Positions 53,040 through 62,808 of a stretch of 64,000 nt of DNA are shown here, piece by piece (position 1 is the first letter of the stretch; each line of letters opens with the position of its first letter). The stretch is taken from positions 24,645 to 88,644 of the forward strand of contig CAVOGE010000004.1 of assembly GCA_963695195.1 (NCBI GenBank), in the 5' to 3' direction. This DNA comes from an uncultured Chloroflexia bacterium. Lineage in GTDB: Bacteria > Chloroflexota > Limnocylindria > QHBO01. The translations under genes and the position numbers were made by a program. Below the pieces are notes generated by a model. That model ran no database searches and was not told the DNA's origin. It saw only the letters and a list, made by a program, of their open reading frames with translations.

Positions 53040-54137
53040 TCAGTCGTTGTAGAGACGCTCTTCGACGAGCTTCTCGGCGGTGACCCGACCGGTCGGATCG
53101 AAGCAGCTGTACTCGAACAGCTTCTCGAACTCGAGATCCACGTTGTCCTGGCCGCCACGGTTCTTCTCGACGGTGGCGACCACCCAGTCGCGGTAGCGCT
53201 GGGCCTGGTACGGGTTGAACTCGATGTTGACCTTGGCCACGATGTGGTACTTGTCGTTGAGGATCAGGATGATGTCGCTCTCGTAGTTGATGGCACTGCT
53301 GCCGCGCAGGTGATGGTTGCGAAGGCGCTTGGCCTTCAGCCCTTCCCGGTCGGCGGCGACGATGGCCACCACCGGCACGCCGAGCGCGAGCGCGATGTCC
53401 TTCAGCCCGCTCACCACTCGCGTCACCTTCTCCGCCTCTTCGGCAGGCTCGGGGATGACCGGCACCTTCTGCAGGTAGTCAACGAACAGAACGAGCCGCT
53501 TCCCCTCCTCGCCCCGGTACTCGGCCACCAGTTCGCGCAGGTTCTCGATCGTCGAGGCGGTGGCCGTGCCCCGCATCAGGAAGAGGTTGCCACCGTAGCG
53601 AGCGATCCGCTCGAGCGATGGACGCAGGCGCGGGTTCGCCCCGAGCTTGGCTCGCTGACCGGCCTCGGCGGCCGCCGCATAGCTCTGCATGACCTCCTTC
53701 TTGACGTCCTGGATCTTCATCGCGCCCGACTTGGAAGGGAGCTGCGAGAGCAGGGACTCCATGGCGATCAGGCGCTGGATGAGGTACTCCTCTTCATGCT
53801 CGAAGCAGACGTACAGCGCGGTCGCCTGGCCGGAGGCGGCCATGTTTCGAGCCATCTGGAGGGCCATCGTCGTCTTGCCCGCGCCCTGGGCACCACCGAT
53901 CAGCATCAGCTCGCCTGGCCGCAGGCCGCCACCGATCGTCTTGTCGAGCGGCGTCATGCCGGTCGGGATCGGCTGGAACTCGTCCACCTTGCCCGAGGCG
54001 ATGCGCTCGTTCAGGTTGGTCAGCACGTCCAGCGCCGAGCGCGGCGCGATGGCGCCGGTCGCAGCTTCAACCCGCCAGTCCGCAGTTGCCGCCTGGTTGG
54101 CATCGGTAAGGGGATCGTCGATCATCGGTGAACGCAA
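53040..54137 (-). CDS. DnaB-C-terminal-domain-like RecA-fold ATPase lacking the helicase N-terminal domain
   Basis: 365-aa ORF: LDKTIGGGLRPGELMLIGGAQGAGKTTMALQMA (Walker A), LFVDYLQKV (Walker B / DnaB-like DYLQ) and VAADREGLK. No DnaB N-terminal helical domain is present. Confidence 0.7.
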   Translation of the reverse strand: MRSPMIDDPLTDANQAATADWRVEAATGAIAPRSALDVLTNLNERIASGKVDEFQPIPTGMTPLDKTIGGGLRPGELMLIGGAQGAGKTTMALQMARNMAASGQATALYVCFEHEEEYLIQRLIAMESLLSQLPSKSGAMKIQDVKKEVMQSYAAAAEAGQRAKLGANPRLRPSLERIARYGGNLFLMRGTATASTIENLRELVAEYRGEEGKRLVLFVDYLQKVPVIPEPAEEAEKVTRVVSGLKDIALALGVPVVAIVAADREGLKAKRLRNHHLRGSSAINYESDIILILNDKYHIVAKVNIEFNPYQAQRYRDWVVATVEKNRGGQDNVDLEFEKLFEYSCFDPTGRVTAEKLVEERLYND

Positions 54138-54241
54138 CTCCTCGTGACCCGCGATGGTGCATGGTGCCCATGCGCACCGGACCCGAGTATACGGCCCGCC
54201 TCCTAGCGGCGGAATGGGCCAAAAGGGCTACCCGGGCGAGT

Positions 54242-56236
<1,995 letters not shown>

Positions 56237-56391
56237 GACGGGCGGCGCGGCAAGTATAGGTGCGGGGCGGCAACGCCAACAAACGGCCCATCCGGGCCAT
56301 GACGGATGGCTATGGCAAGCGAGTCTCCGTTGCGGGCTCGCACACGCGCGGGGTCATTCCGCGCCGGCACACGCCAGCGCTCCCCCGGGTG

Positions 56392-57981
56392 TCAGCGCGT
56401 CGGTCGGGTCCAGTCCTTGAGGATCTCTCCCGCCGCCAGCCGACCCGGAGCCCCCATGACGCAGCCCCCGGGATGCGTCCCCGATCCGCACTGGTAGTAG
56501 CCCTCGATCGGGGTCCGGTACTGGGCCCATCCAGGAGCTGGACGGAAGAAGAACATCTGGGGCGCCAGCAACTCGCCGGCGAAGATGTTCCCCTCGCTCA
56601 GGCCCGTCACCCGCTCGATGTCGAGGGGCGTCACCACCTCGCGCTGGAGAACAAGATCGCCAAAGCCGGGAAAGTATCGCTCCAGGGTGCTCTGAACGAC
56701 GGCTCCCAGGTTGTCCCGCTCCGCGTCCCAATCGCTCTCGCGGAGCCGGTAGGGCGTGTACTGGACGAAGCACGACAGCACGTGCTTGCCTGGGGGCGCC
56801 ATGTCAGGGTCGATCGTCGACTGGATGGCGCAGTCGATGTAGGGGTTCTGGCTGTACCACCCGTACTTCGCGTCGTCGAAGGCCCGCTCCAGGTAGTCCA
56901 TCGACGGACCGATGTTCATGAACCCACGGAACATGTCGTCCCGCTCGCCGAGGGCCGGGTAGCGGGGAAGGCCGTCGAGGGCGAAGTTGACCTTGGACGA
57001 CACGCCCTGGAACTTCATGCGGCGCACGGTCTCGACCACGTCGTCGGGCATCTCCCGCGGGTCAACGAGCTCAAGGAACGTGCGGCGCGGATCCAGTGCG
57101 CTCACGACGATATCGGCGGTGAACTCGGTGCCATCCGCCAGCGCGACACCGGTCGCCCGCCCATCCGTGGTCAGGACGCGCTCCACCGGCGACTCGAGGC
57201 GGATCTCGGCGCCGAACGCCTCCGCGGCACGGGCCAGGACCTGGGTGAATCCGCCGTTGCCGCCTTTGTGGAAGGCCCACGACCCAAACTCGCCGTCATG
57301 CTCGCCCAGGGAGTGGAAGAGGAGCACCAGCCCGGACCCCTGCGAGCGGGGGCCGACCTTGGAGCCGATGATGCCCGATGAGGCGAGGTATCCCTTGAGC
57401 AGCTCTGACTCGAAGTAGTCGTCGAGGAAGTCGGCCGCGCTCCCGGTCAGCAGGCGGACCGCGTTGTGGAGCGTGCGCTTGTCGAGTTTGCCAAAGCGTG
57501 AGCCGAGTGCTGCCAGCGCGAGGAGCTCCTCCGGATCATCGCTGAACAGGTCCGGCGGCACCATGTCCAGCAGCGGCTTGACGGCCTGGCAGACCTGGGT
57601 CAGGTCGTGGCTGTACTGCTCGTATGCGTCGGCATCGTGCGGCGAGATGCGGGCGATCTCCCGCAGGTTTGCGTCGTGGTGCTTGGTGAAGGTGAGGTAC
57701 TCGCCATGCTCGGTCGGCGCGAAGCGGGTCGACATCAGCAGCGGCAGGAACCCGTGCTTGGTGAGCTCCAGCTCGTGAATGATCTGCGGCCGGAGCAGCG
57801 AGAGCGCATACGAAAAGGTCGTGAACCAGAAGCCGGGGCGCAGCTCCTCGGTGATGGCGGCTCCGCCCACCAGGTGGCGCTGCTCCAGGATGAGGGTCCG
57901 CAGCCCGCCGCGGGCGAGATAGGCGCCGTTGACCAGGCCGTTGTGGCCGCCACCGATGACGATCGCGTCGTAGCTGTTCAT
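56392..57981 (-). CDS. Phytoene-desaturase-family (CrtI/PYROXD2-like) FAD-dependent oxidoreductase
   Basis: 529-aa ORF with the dinucleotide fold YDAIVIGGGHNGLVNGAYLARGG and a C-terminal GSGTHPGGCVMGAPG. Confidence 0.8.
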   Translation of the reverse strand: MNSYDAIVIGGGHNGLVNGAYLARGGLRTLILEQRHLVGGAAITEELRPGFWFTTFSYALSLLRPQIIHELELTKHGFLPLLMSTRFAPTEHGEYLTFTKHHDANLREIARISPHDADAYEQYSHDLTQVCQAVKPLLDMVPPDLFSDDPEELLALAALGSRFGKLDKRTLHNAVRLLTGSAADFLDDYFESELLKGYLASSGIIGSKVGPRSQGSGLVLLFHSLGEHDGEFGSWAFHKGGNGGFTQVLARAAEAFGAEIRLESPVERVLTTDGRATGVALADGTEFTADIVVSALDPRRTFLELVDPREMPDDVVETVRRMKFQGVSSKVNFALDGLPRYPALGERDDMFRGFMNIGPSMDYLERAFDDAKYGWYSQNPYIDCAIQSTIDPDMAPPGKHVLSCFVQYTPYRLRESDWDAERDNLGAVVQSTLERYFPGFGDLVLQREVVTPLDIERVTGLSEGNIFAGELLAPQMFFFRPAPGWAQYRTPIEGYYQCGSGTHPGGCVMGAPGRLAAGEILKDWTRPTR

Positions 57982-59180
57982 GAGGCTGTCTTCCGCTGCG
58001 GGTTGAAGAGGGGCAGCCGCGCGACGTGCGCGGCGATCTTCTGGTACTGGTGGTCGACCGTGAACTCCAGCTGCACGCGCGTTCCGACCCTGGACAGATC
58101 GGGACGCACCCGGGCCAGCGCAATGTGGCGCTGGAGGACGGGCGAGTACATCACGCTGGTGGCGTAGCCCACCCGTTGGCCATCTCCGTCGTACACCATC
58201 CAGTCCTCGTGGAGGGGCGCGTGCTGCTTGGGAGGGATCAGGCCCGCCCGGCCATAGATGCGGTCGTAGTCCTCCCAGTCCACGACCAGCCCGGTCATCT
58301 TCCAGCGGGACGAGCGCTCTGCCAGCTCGCGCTCGAGTGCCTTTCGCCCGATGAAGGACCGATCATCGGTCGCCAGGTCCTTGAACATCCACGACCAGCC
58401 GAGCTCGATCGGGGTGGACCGATGGGCATCGTTGAAGGCAAACCGGCTCGAGTCGAAGTCGACCGCAAGCAGCAACAGCCCCGCCTCGATGCGCAGCATG
58501 TACAGGGCGGCGAGGCCGAAGGGCAGGACGCCGTGCCCGTCCACCGCCTCCCACAGCCCGTCCCACACCCGCAGTGCGTCCGGCGTCTCCACCCAGATCT
58601 CGTAGCCAAGGTCGCCCGTATAGCCGGTGCGGGAGACGACCACATCGGCCCCACCGATCGACCCGTTGGTCAGGCCAAAGAACGGGACCGATGCCACGCC
58701 GGGAACCAGCCGGCTGAGCAGGTCCCGCGAGCGGGGTCCCTGCACCGCGATGGTGCCGTACTCCAGGCTGACATCTTCCAGGCTCACCGCCAGGCGACCG
58801 ATGCGGTCCGCAAGATACGCGTAGTTCGGCTCGGCCGTGGTGAGGACGTACTCACCCGCGGAGCGCCGCTGGACGACGCCGTCCTCGAGCACGAAGCCAC
58901 GCTCGTCCAGCCAGGCGGTGTACTGCGCGTGCTGCGGCGGACAGGCGCGGATGTCACGGGCCAGAATCCCGGCAAGGTAGCGCTCGGCATCGCGCCCGGC
59001 GATCCGGTACTTGAACAGCGGAGACGAATCGAAGATCCCGGCTGCGTTTCGGACCGCGAAGTACTCGAACTTGTCCGATACCTGGTAGCGGTTCGCGGCC
59101 AGGTGTCCGGCCCAATGGCTCCACAGGCCCGTCTGGTTCAGGGCGCTGGTGCGTTCGTGGAAGGGCGTGGTCCGGATCAT
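57978..59180 (-). CDS. GcvT-family aminomethyltransferase-like folate-binding protein
   Basis: Internal start MIRTTPFHERTSAL..., then FAVRNAAGIFDSSPLFKYRIAGRDA, GTIAVQGP and SRTGYTGDLGYEIW. ATGA overlap with the downstream oxidoreductase start. Confidence 0.8.
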   Translation of the reverse strand: MIRTTPFHERTSALNQTGLWSHWAGHLAANRYQVSDKFEYFAVRNAAGIFDSSPLFKYRIAGRDAERYLAGILARDIRACPPQHAQYTAWLDERGFVLEDGVVQRRSAGEYVLTTAEPNYAYLADRIGRLAVSLEDVSLEYGTIAVQGPRSRDLLSRLVPGVASVPFFGLTNGSIGGADVVVSRTGYTGDLGYEIWVETPDALRVWDGLWEAVDGHGVLPFGLAALYMLRIEAGLLLLAVDFDSSRFAFNDAHRSTPIELGWSWMFKDLATDDRSFIGRKALERELAERSSRWKMTGLVVDWEDYDRIYGRAGLIPPKQHAPLHEDWMVYDGDGQRVGYATSVMYSPVLQRHIALARVRPDLSRVGTRVQLEFTVDHQYQKIAAHVARLPLFNPQRKTAS

Positions 59181-59249
59181 GGCGCCCGAACCGTAGCGCC
59201 TCCCGGGCGGCGGGTGTGGGCTCACCCGACAGAGGGGGCATCGGCGGCT

Positions 59250-60239
59250 TCAGCCCAGACGGATCCGTCGCCCCCTGACCGTTGCCTGCCGACCGCTGCC
59301 CAGCTCGATGCTCAAGCCACCGCGCGGCCCTTCAGCGGCGTCGAGAAGCGCCTCGATCCGCTCGGCCGATGGCGCCGGATCGCCGATCGCCAGGCGGAGC
59401 ACGCGGCGGCCGAGGGCGCGCGCCGGGGGACTCTCCCAGTTGATCGAGGCGTCATCGGCATCGGTCCGGGCAGCCACCTCTGCCGCGGCGAGCGCGTCCA
59501 GCAGGTCGTCGTCATCCGCGGCCAGGCGTCCAAAACGAACCAGCGCCTCGACCGCCGCCGAGTTCAGCTGCTCGAGTGCCGGCACGAGCATGGCGCGCAC
59601 CCGGTTTCGCGCATGTGCCGGATCTGCGTTCGATGGGTCCGTGACGTACTCGATGCCGGCCGCGTCCAATGCCTCGCGCAGCGTAGCGCGCCGTGCGTGG
59701 AGCAGCGGCCGCACGATCCGGCCTCGCCGCGCCGGGATGCCGCGCGCACCGCGCAGACCACTGCCGCGCGCAAGGCGCATGAGCGTCGTCTCGGCCGCAT
59801 CGTCGGCGGTGTGCGCGGTGGCGATGAGCGCGTCCTGCCCGAGCCCCGCGGCCACCTCCTCGAGGAAGCGGTAGCGGGCCTGGCGACCGGCGTCCTCGAG
59901 CGATCGGTGCTCGGTGGCGGCCAGGTCCCTGACATCGGTGCGGCGGACCTCCACCGGCAGGCCCAGGCGAGCAGCCGTGGCGGCCACCGCGGCAGCCTCA
60001 TCGGCAGATTCGGCGCGCAGTGCGTGATCCAGGTGCGCGACCGTCAGGCGCCAGCCACGACCGGGGGCCACTCGCGCGGCGCCGTGGAGCAGCGCGGTCG
60101 AGTCGGGGCCGCCGGAGACGGCGAGAACCAGTGCCGCGCCATCGGGCAAGCCGAGGCGGATGGCGCCAGCGGCGAGTGCCTCAACGATTGGTCGCAGCGG
60201 ATCCGGGGCGATCTCAGCACGGTGAGCGGGTTGGGTCAT
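59250..60239 (-). CDS. tilS: tRNA(Ile)-lysidine synthetase
   Basis: 329-aa ORF with the PP-loop LAVSGGPDSTALL, LTVAHLDHALR and an ATAHTADD motif. Confidence 0.9.
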   Translation of the reverse strand: MTQPAHRAEIAPDPLRPIVEALAAGAIRLGLPDGAALVLAVSGGPDSTALLHGAARVAPGRGWRLTVAHLDHALRAESADEAAAVAATAARLGLPVEVRRTDVRDLAATEHRSLEDAGRQARYRFLEEVAAGLGQDALIATAHTADDAAETTLMRLARGSGLRGARGIPARRGRIVRPLLHARRATLREALDAAGIEYVTDPSNADPAHARNRVRAMLVPALEQLNSAAVEALVRFGRLAADDDDLLDALAAAEVAARTDADDASINWESPPARALGRRVLRLAIGDPAPSAERIEALLDAAEGPRGGLSIELGSGRQATVRGRRIRLG

Positions 60240-60301
60240 CGGTGTTGTTGTACCACCACGACCGACAGGTGCCCGCGCCGGCGGGCGTCAACGACCGAGG
60301 T

Positions 60302-60376
60302 TGGTAGCGGAGGGCGGATTCGAACCACCGACCAAGGGCTTATGAGTCCCCTGCTCTGCCACTGAGCTACTCCGCC
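60302..60376 (-). tRNA. tRNA with CAU anticodon (Met or Ile2 type; not initiator-like)
   Basis: The minus-strand sequence GGCGGAGTAGCTCAGTGGCAGAGCAGGGGACTCATAAGCCCTTGGTCGGTGGTTCGAATCCGCCCTCCGCTACCA folds by hand into a cloverleaf. The 7-bp acceptor stem has G1-U72; the D stem is GCTC/GAGC; the anticodon loop is CTCATAA; the T stem is GGTGG/CCGCC with loop TTCGAAT. Discriminator is A73, and CCA is encoded. Confidence 0.9.
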
Positions 60377-60482
60377 GCCGGCCGCGCGCTCAGGTCAACC
60401 GCGAGCGTATCGACTGGGCACGCTGGGAGGATACCGACCGGTGCGGACCGCGGCAAGCCGCGCGATCCCGGCCACACGGGGA

Positions 60483-60914
60483 CTACGTGCCGAAGAAGAG
60501 CTCCAGCCACTGCTGGAGCAGCGGCCCCAGAGGGACAACCTCTGCCGTGGCCGGGGCAGGCGCCGGAACCTCCGCGCCAGGAGGAATGATCAGGACGCGT
60601 TCTCCAGGGAGGCCCCAGTTCAGCATCCGTCGCGCCTCGGCCGCGATGTACGCATCGCTGTTCACGTACGCGAGTTCCTCGCGGAGCGCGGCGTTGCGCG
60701 CCTCCATGGCGGCAATCTCGACCCGCGCTGCTTCGGCCTCCTGGCCGATCGACCAACTCGCGTACACCTCGCGGCCCACCTGTGCGGCCAGGAATACGCC
60801 GAAGATCACCAGCAGGGTGAGCCAGGCCAGGCCGCGCCGCGATGCGGGGATGCGCATGCGCACCGAACGCTCCGGTCGCGACGGACTTGGCGCGTGCGTC
60901 TCGAGGCTGGTCAT
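60483..60914 (-). CDS. FtsB/DivIC-like septum-formation initiator
   Basis: Internal start MTSLETH at 60914. One TM helix (GLAWLTLLVIFGVFLAAQV), a coiled coil (AARVEIAAMEARNAALREELAYVNSDAYIAAEARR) and a Pro-rich tail. Confidence 0.65.
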   Translation of the reverse strand: MTSLETHAPSPSRPERSVRMRIPASRRGLAWLTLLVIFGVFLAAQVGREVYASWSIGQEAEAARVEIAAMEARNAALREELAYVNSDAYIAAEARRMLNWGLPGERVLIIPPGAEVPAPAPATAEVVPLGPLLQQWLELFFGT

Positions 60915-60922
60915 CTGTCCGC

Positions 60923-60952
60923 AGTCTAGCCCGCAGGTTTTCCACCGTGCAA
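60923..60952 (-). promoter_or_regulatory. Candidate sigma-70-type promoter TTGCAC-N18-TAGACT for the FtsB-like gene (leaderless-type spacing)
   Basis: Read on the minus strand, the -10 TAGACT ends 8 nt before the ATG at 60914, and TTGCAC sits 18 nt upstream. No Shine-Dalgarno is present. Confidence 0.3.
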
Positions 60953-60960
60953 GGCGAAAG

Positions 60961-60980
60961 CGTTGTGGATATCCACAACG
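60961..60980. promoter_or_regulatory. Perfect 20-bp palindrome CGTTGTGGAT|ATCCACAACG in a divergent intergenic region
   Basis: Verified by eye: the left half is the exact reverse complement of the right half. It lies between the divergently oriented FtsB-like and thioredoxin-like lipoprotein genes. This is operator-like geometry, and the binding protein is unknown. Confidence 0.5.
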
Positions 60981-61004
60981 CCGGGGCTCGAGCGGGCATC
61001 GGGC

Positions 61005-61010
61005 TAGAAT
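61005..61010 (+). promoter_or_regulatory. Candidate -10 box TAGAAT, 7 nt upstream of the ATG at 61018 (leaderless-type spacing)
   Basis: GGGCTAGAATcagggacATG. The same GGGCTAGA(A/C)T string precedes the divergent gene on the other strand. I see no clear -35. Confidence 0.3.
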
Positions 61011-61017
61011 CAGGGAC

Positions 61018-61998
61018 ATGTGGCGGACGCTTCCTGAACGACCCGAGGAGCCACGTCACCTATTGCTTCCGACGATCATCATGTTCGCAATACTGCTGAG
61101 CGCCTGCGCACCCGCATCGGTCAGTTCTTCCCCGCCCGCGCACCCAGGCTGGCCGGCGCTCGGAGCCGCGGTCGGCGATCCCCAACTGGTGCCTGTCATC
61201 CTCTCGTCAGAGGCCGCGGTCGGGCACAACCGGATGCTGATCACCGCCCTCGGCAGCGTCGGGCAGTCCCTCGCCGCCGAGGATCTCGAGGTCAGGCTGC
61301 GTTTCTACGACCTGGATGCCGACGTGAGCTCGCCCTCACAGGAGATAGTCGGGAGTTTCCACGTGCTGCTCGATGACGCGGAGGAGAACCCGGTCGGCGT
61401 GTACGTTGCCTTGATCGACTTCTCGCACGCGGGCGACTGGGGCCTGGAGATGCTGGCCAGCCCGGCGGGAGGGCAGGAGCGCCGCTCGCGTCGAACCTTC
61501 CCGGTCACCGAGACGACCACCACTCCCGCACTCGGAACCCCGGCGCCACAGACCGATACCCCGACGGCGCACGACGCCGCCAGCCTTGCACTGATCTCCA
61601 GTGACGCCGACGCCGACCCGGCCTTCTACAGCCTGTCGGTCCGCGACGCCATTGCGGCCCGCATCCCCTTCGTGGTCGTCTTCTCGACGCCTGCCTTCTG
61701 TACCAGCGCCACCTGCGGGCCGGCGCTCGAACTGGTCAAGGCGGTGGCCCCCGACTACGCCGGCCGGGTGAACTTCGTCCACGTCGAGCCGTACGAGCTC
61801 GAGTCGGTCGACGGCCATCTCCAACTCCGGACCGACGCTTCGGGATCCCGCATCTTGGTCCCCGCGGTCGACGAGTGGGGTATCCCATCGGAGCCGTACG
61901 TCTTCGTCGTCGACGCCGATGGGAAGGTCGCCGCCAAGTTCGAGGGGCCAGCGAGTACGACGGAACTGGCGACCGCCCTCGACGCGGTCCTGCCCTAG
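61018..61998 (+). CDS. Lipoprotein with an N-terminal YtkA/FixH-like beta domain and a C-terminal thioredoxin-fold domain (C-x4-C)
   Basis: ATG at 61018. The lipobox is FAILLSAC. The C-domain is VVVFSTPAFCTSATCGPALE...YVFVVDADGKV. The upstream part of the track ORF is an antisense shadow. Confidence 0.7.
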   Translation: MWRTLPERPEEPRHLLLPTIIMFAILLSACAPASVSSSPPAHPGWPALGAAVGDPQLVPVILSSEAAVGHNRMLITALGSVGQSLAAEDLEVRLRFYDLDADVSSPSQEIVGSFHVLLDDAEENPVGVYVALIDFSHAGDWGLEMLASPAGGQERRSRRTFPVTETTTTPALGTPAPQTDTPTAHDAASLALISSDADADPAFYSLSVRDAIAARIPFVVVFSTPAFCTSATCGPALELVKAVAPDYAGRVNFVHVEPYELESVDGHLQLRTDASGSRILVPAVDEWGIPSEPYVFVVDADGKVAAKFEGPASTTELATALDAVLP

Positions 61999-62009
61999 AA
62001 CAGCCCGGC

Positions 62010-62660
62010 ATGCCCGACCCATCCGCAGCCGATAGTGATCGGCCGCGGCGCCCGATACGGCGGTGGCTCGCCACGCTCCCGGTCCCGGTTCGTGGGTTGA
62101 TCCAGGGCATCCTGCTGGCGATCCTGTTGGTCGGTGGTGGCTGGATGGTCACGCGTCCGCTCGGGGGGCAGCCGTGGGTTCCGCTGACCACCGGCGAGGA
62201 CTTCTACACGATCGGGGCCGAGCGGGCGGGACTCCAGATCGGCGACCTGGCGCCTGAGCTCTCCCCTTCGCTGACCGACCTGGGCGGCCGTGTCATTCGG
62301 TCGTCCGACTTCGCGGGACGCCCGCTCTGGATCGTCTTCTGGGCGAGCTGGTGCATCCCCTGCCGGGAGGAGCTGCCGGATCTCAAGGCCGCCTACGCCG
62401 CCCACGCCGATGACGGGCTCGTGGTGCTCGCCATCGACTTCGAGGAATCGGCCGAGACGGTTCGAGCCTTTGCGACCAGGAGCGGACTCGACTACACCAT
62501 CGGCCTGGATCCACGCGGAGCTGTCATCGAGCGTTTCGGCGGGTGGGGCCTCCCCACGCACTACTTCGTGGACCGCTACGGGGTCATCCGCGGACGCTAC
62601 TTCGGCCCGCTATCGCGCGAACAGATGGAGACCCAGCTGCAGACGATCCTCGCTCCCTGA
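62010..62660 (+). CDS. TlpA/ResA-like membrane-anchored thiol:disulfide oxidoreductase
   Basis: Internal start MPDPSAADS, TM helix GLIQGILLAILLVGGGWMV, active-site WASWCIPCREELP and the cis-Pro region GLPTHYFVD. Confidence 0.85.
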   Translation: MPDPSAADSDRPRRPIRRWLATLPVPVRGLIQGILLAILLVGGGWMVTRPLGGQPWVPLTTGEDFYTIGAERAGLQIGDLAPELSPSLTDLGGRVIRSSDFAGRPLWIVFWASWCIPCREELPDLKAAYAAHADDGLVVLAIDFEESAETVRAFATRSGLDYTIGLDPRGAVIERFGGWGLPTHYFVDRYGVIRGRYFGPLSREQMETQLQTILAP

Positions 62661-62808
62661 CGTCCGCCGGCCACTCCATCCGCTCGAGTTCGCGACAGGC
62701 GAGCTGTCGCATCGGGCCGGTCTCCTTGCACGCAGCGTGATATCGTGCTGACCGCAAACCGAACATCCGTTCGGATGGATCCGGGATCGATCACAGCTGG
62801 AGGAGCCG

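Noticed and set aside
62692-62710. Hairpin GCGACAG-gcgag-CTGTCGC after the tlpA-like gene, considered as an intrinsic terminator. A similar case is the palindrome CCGGTCGCGACCGG at 18136..18149, right after aspS.
   Set aside because: The stems are only 7 bp (or have no loop), and neither is followed by a U-tract. They may still act as terminators, but support is too weak to annotate.
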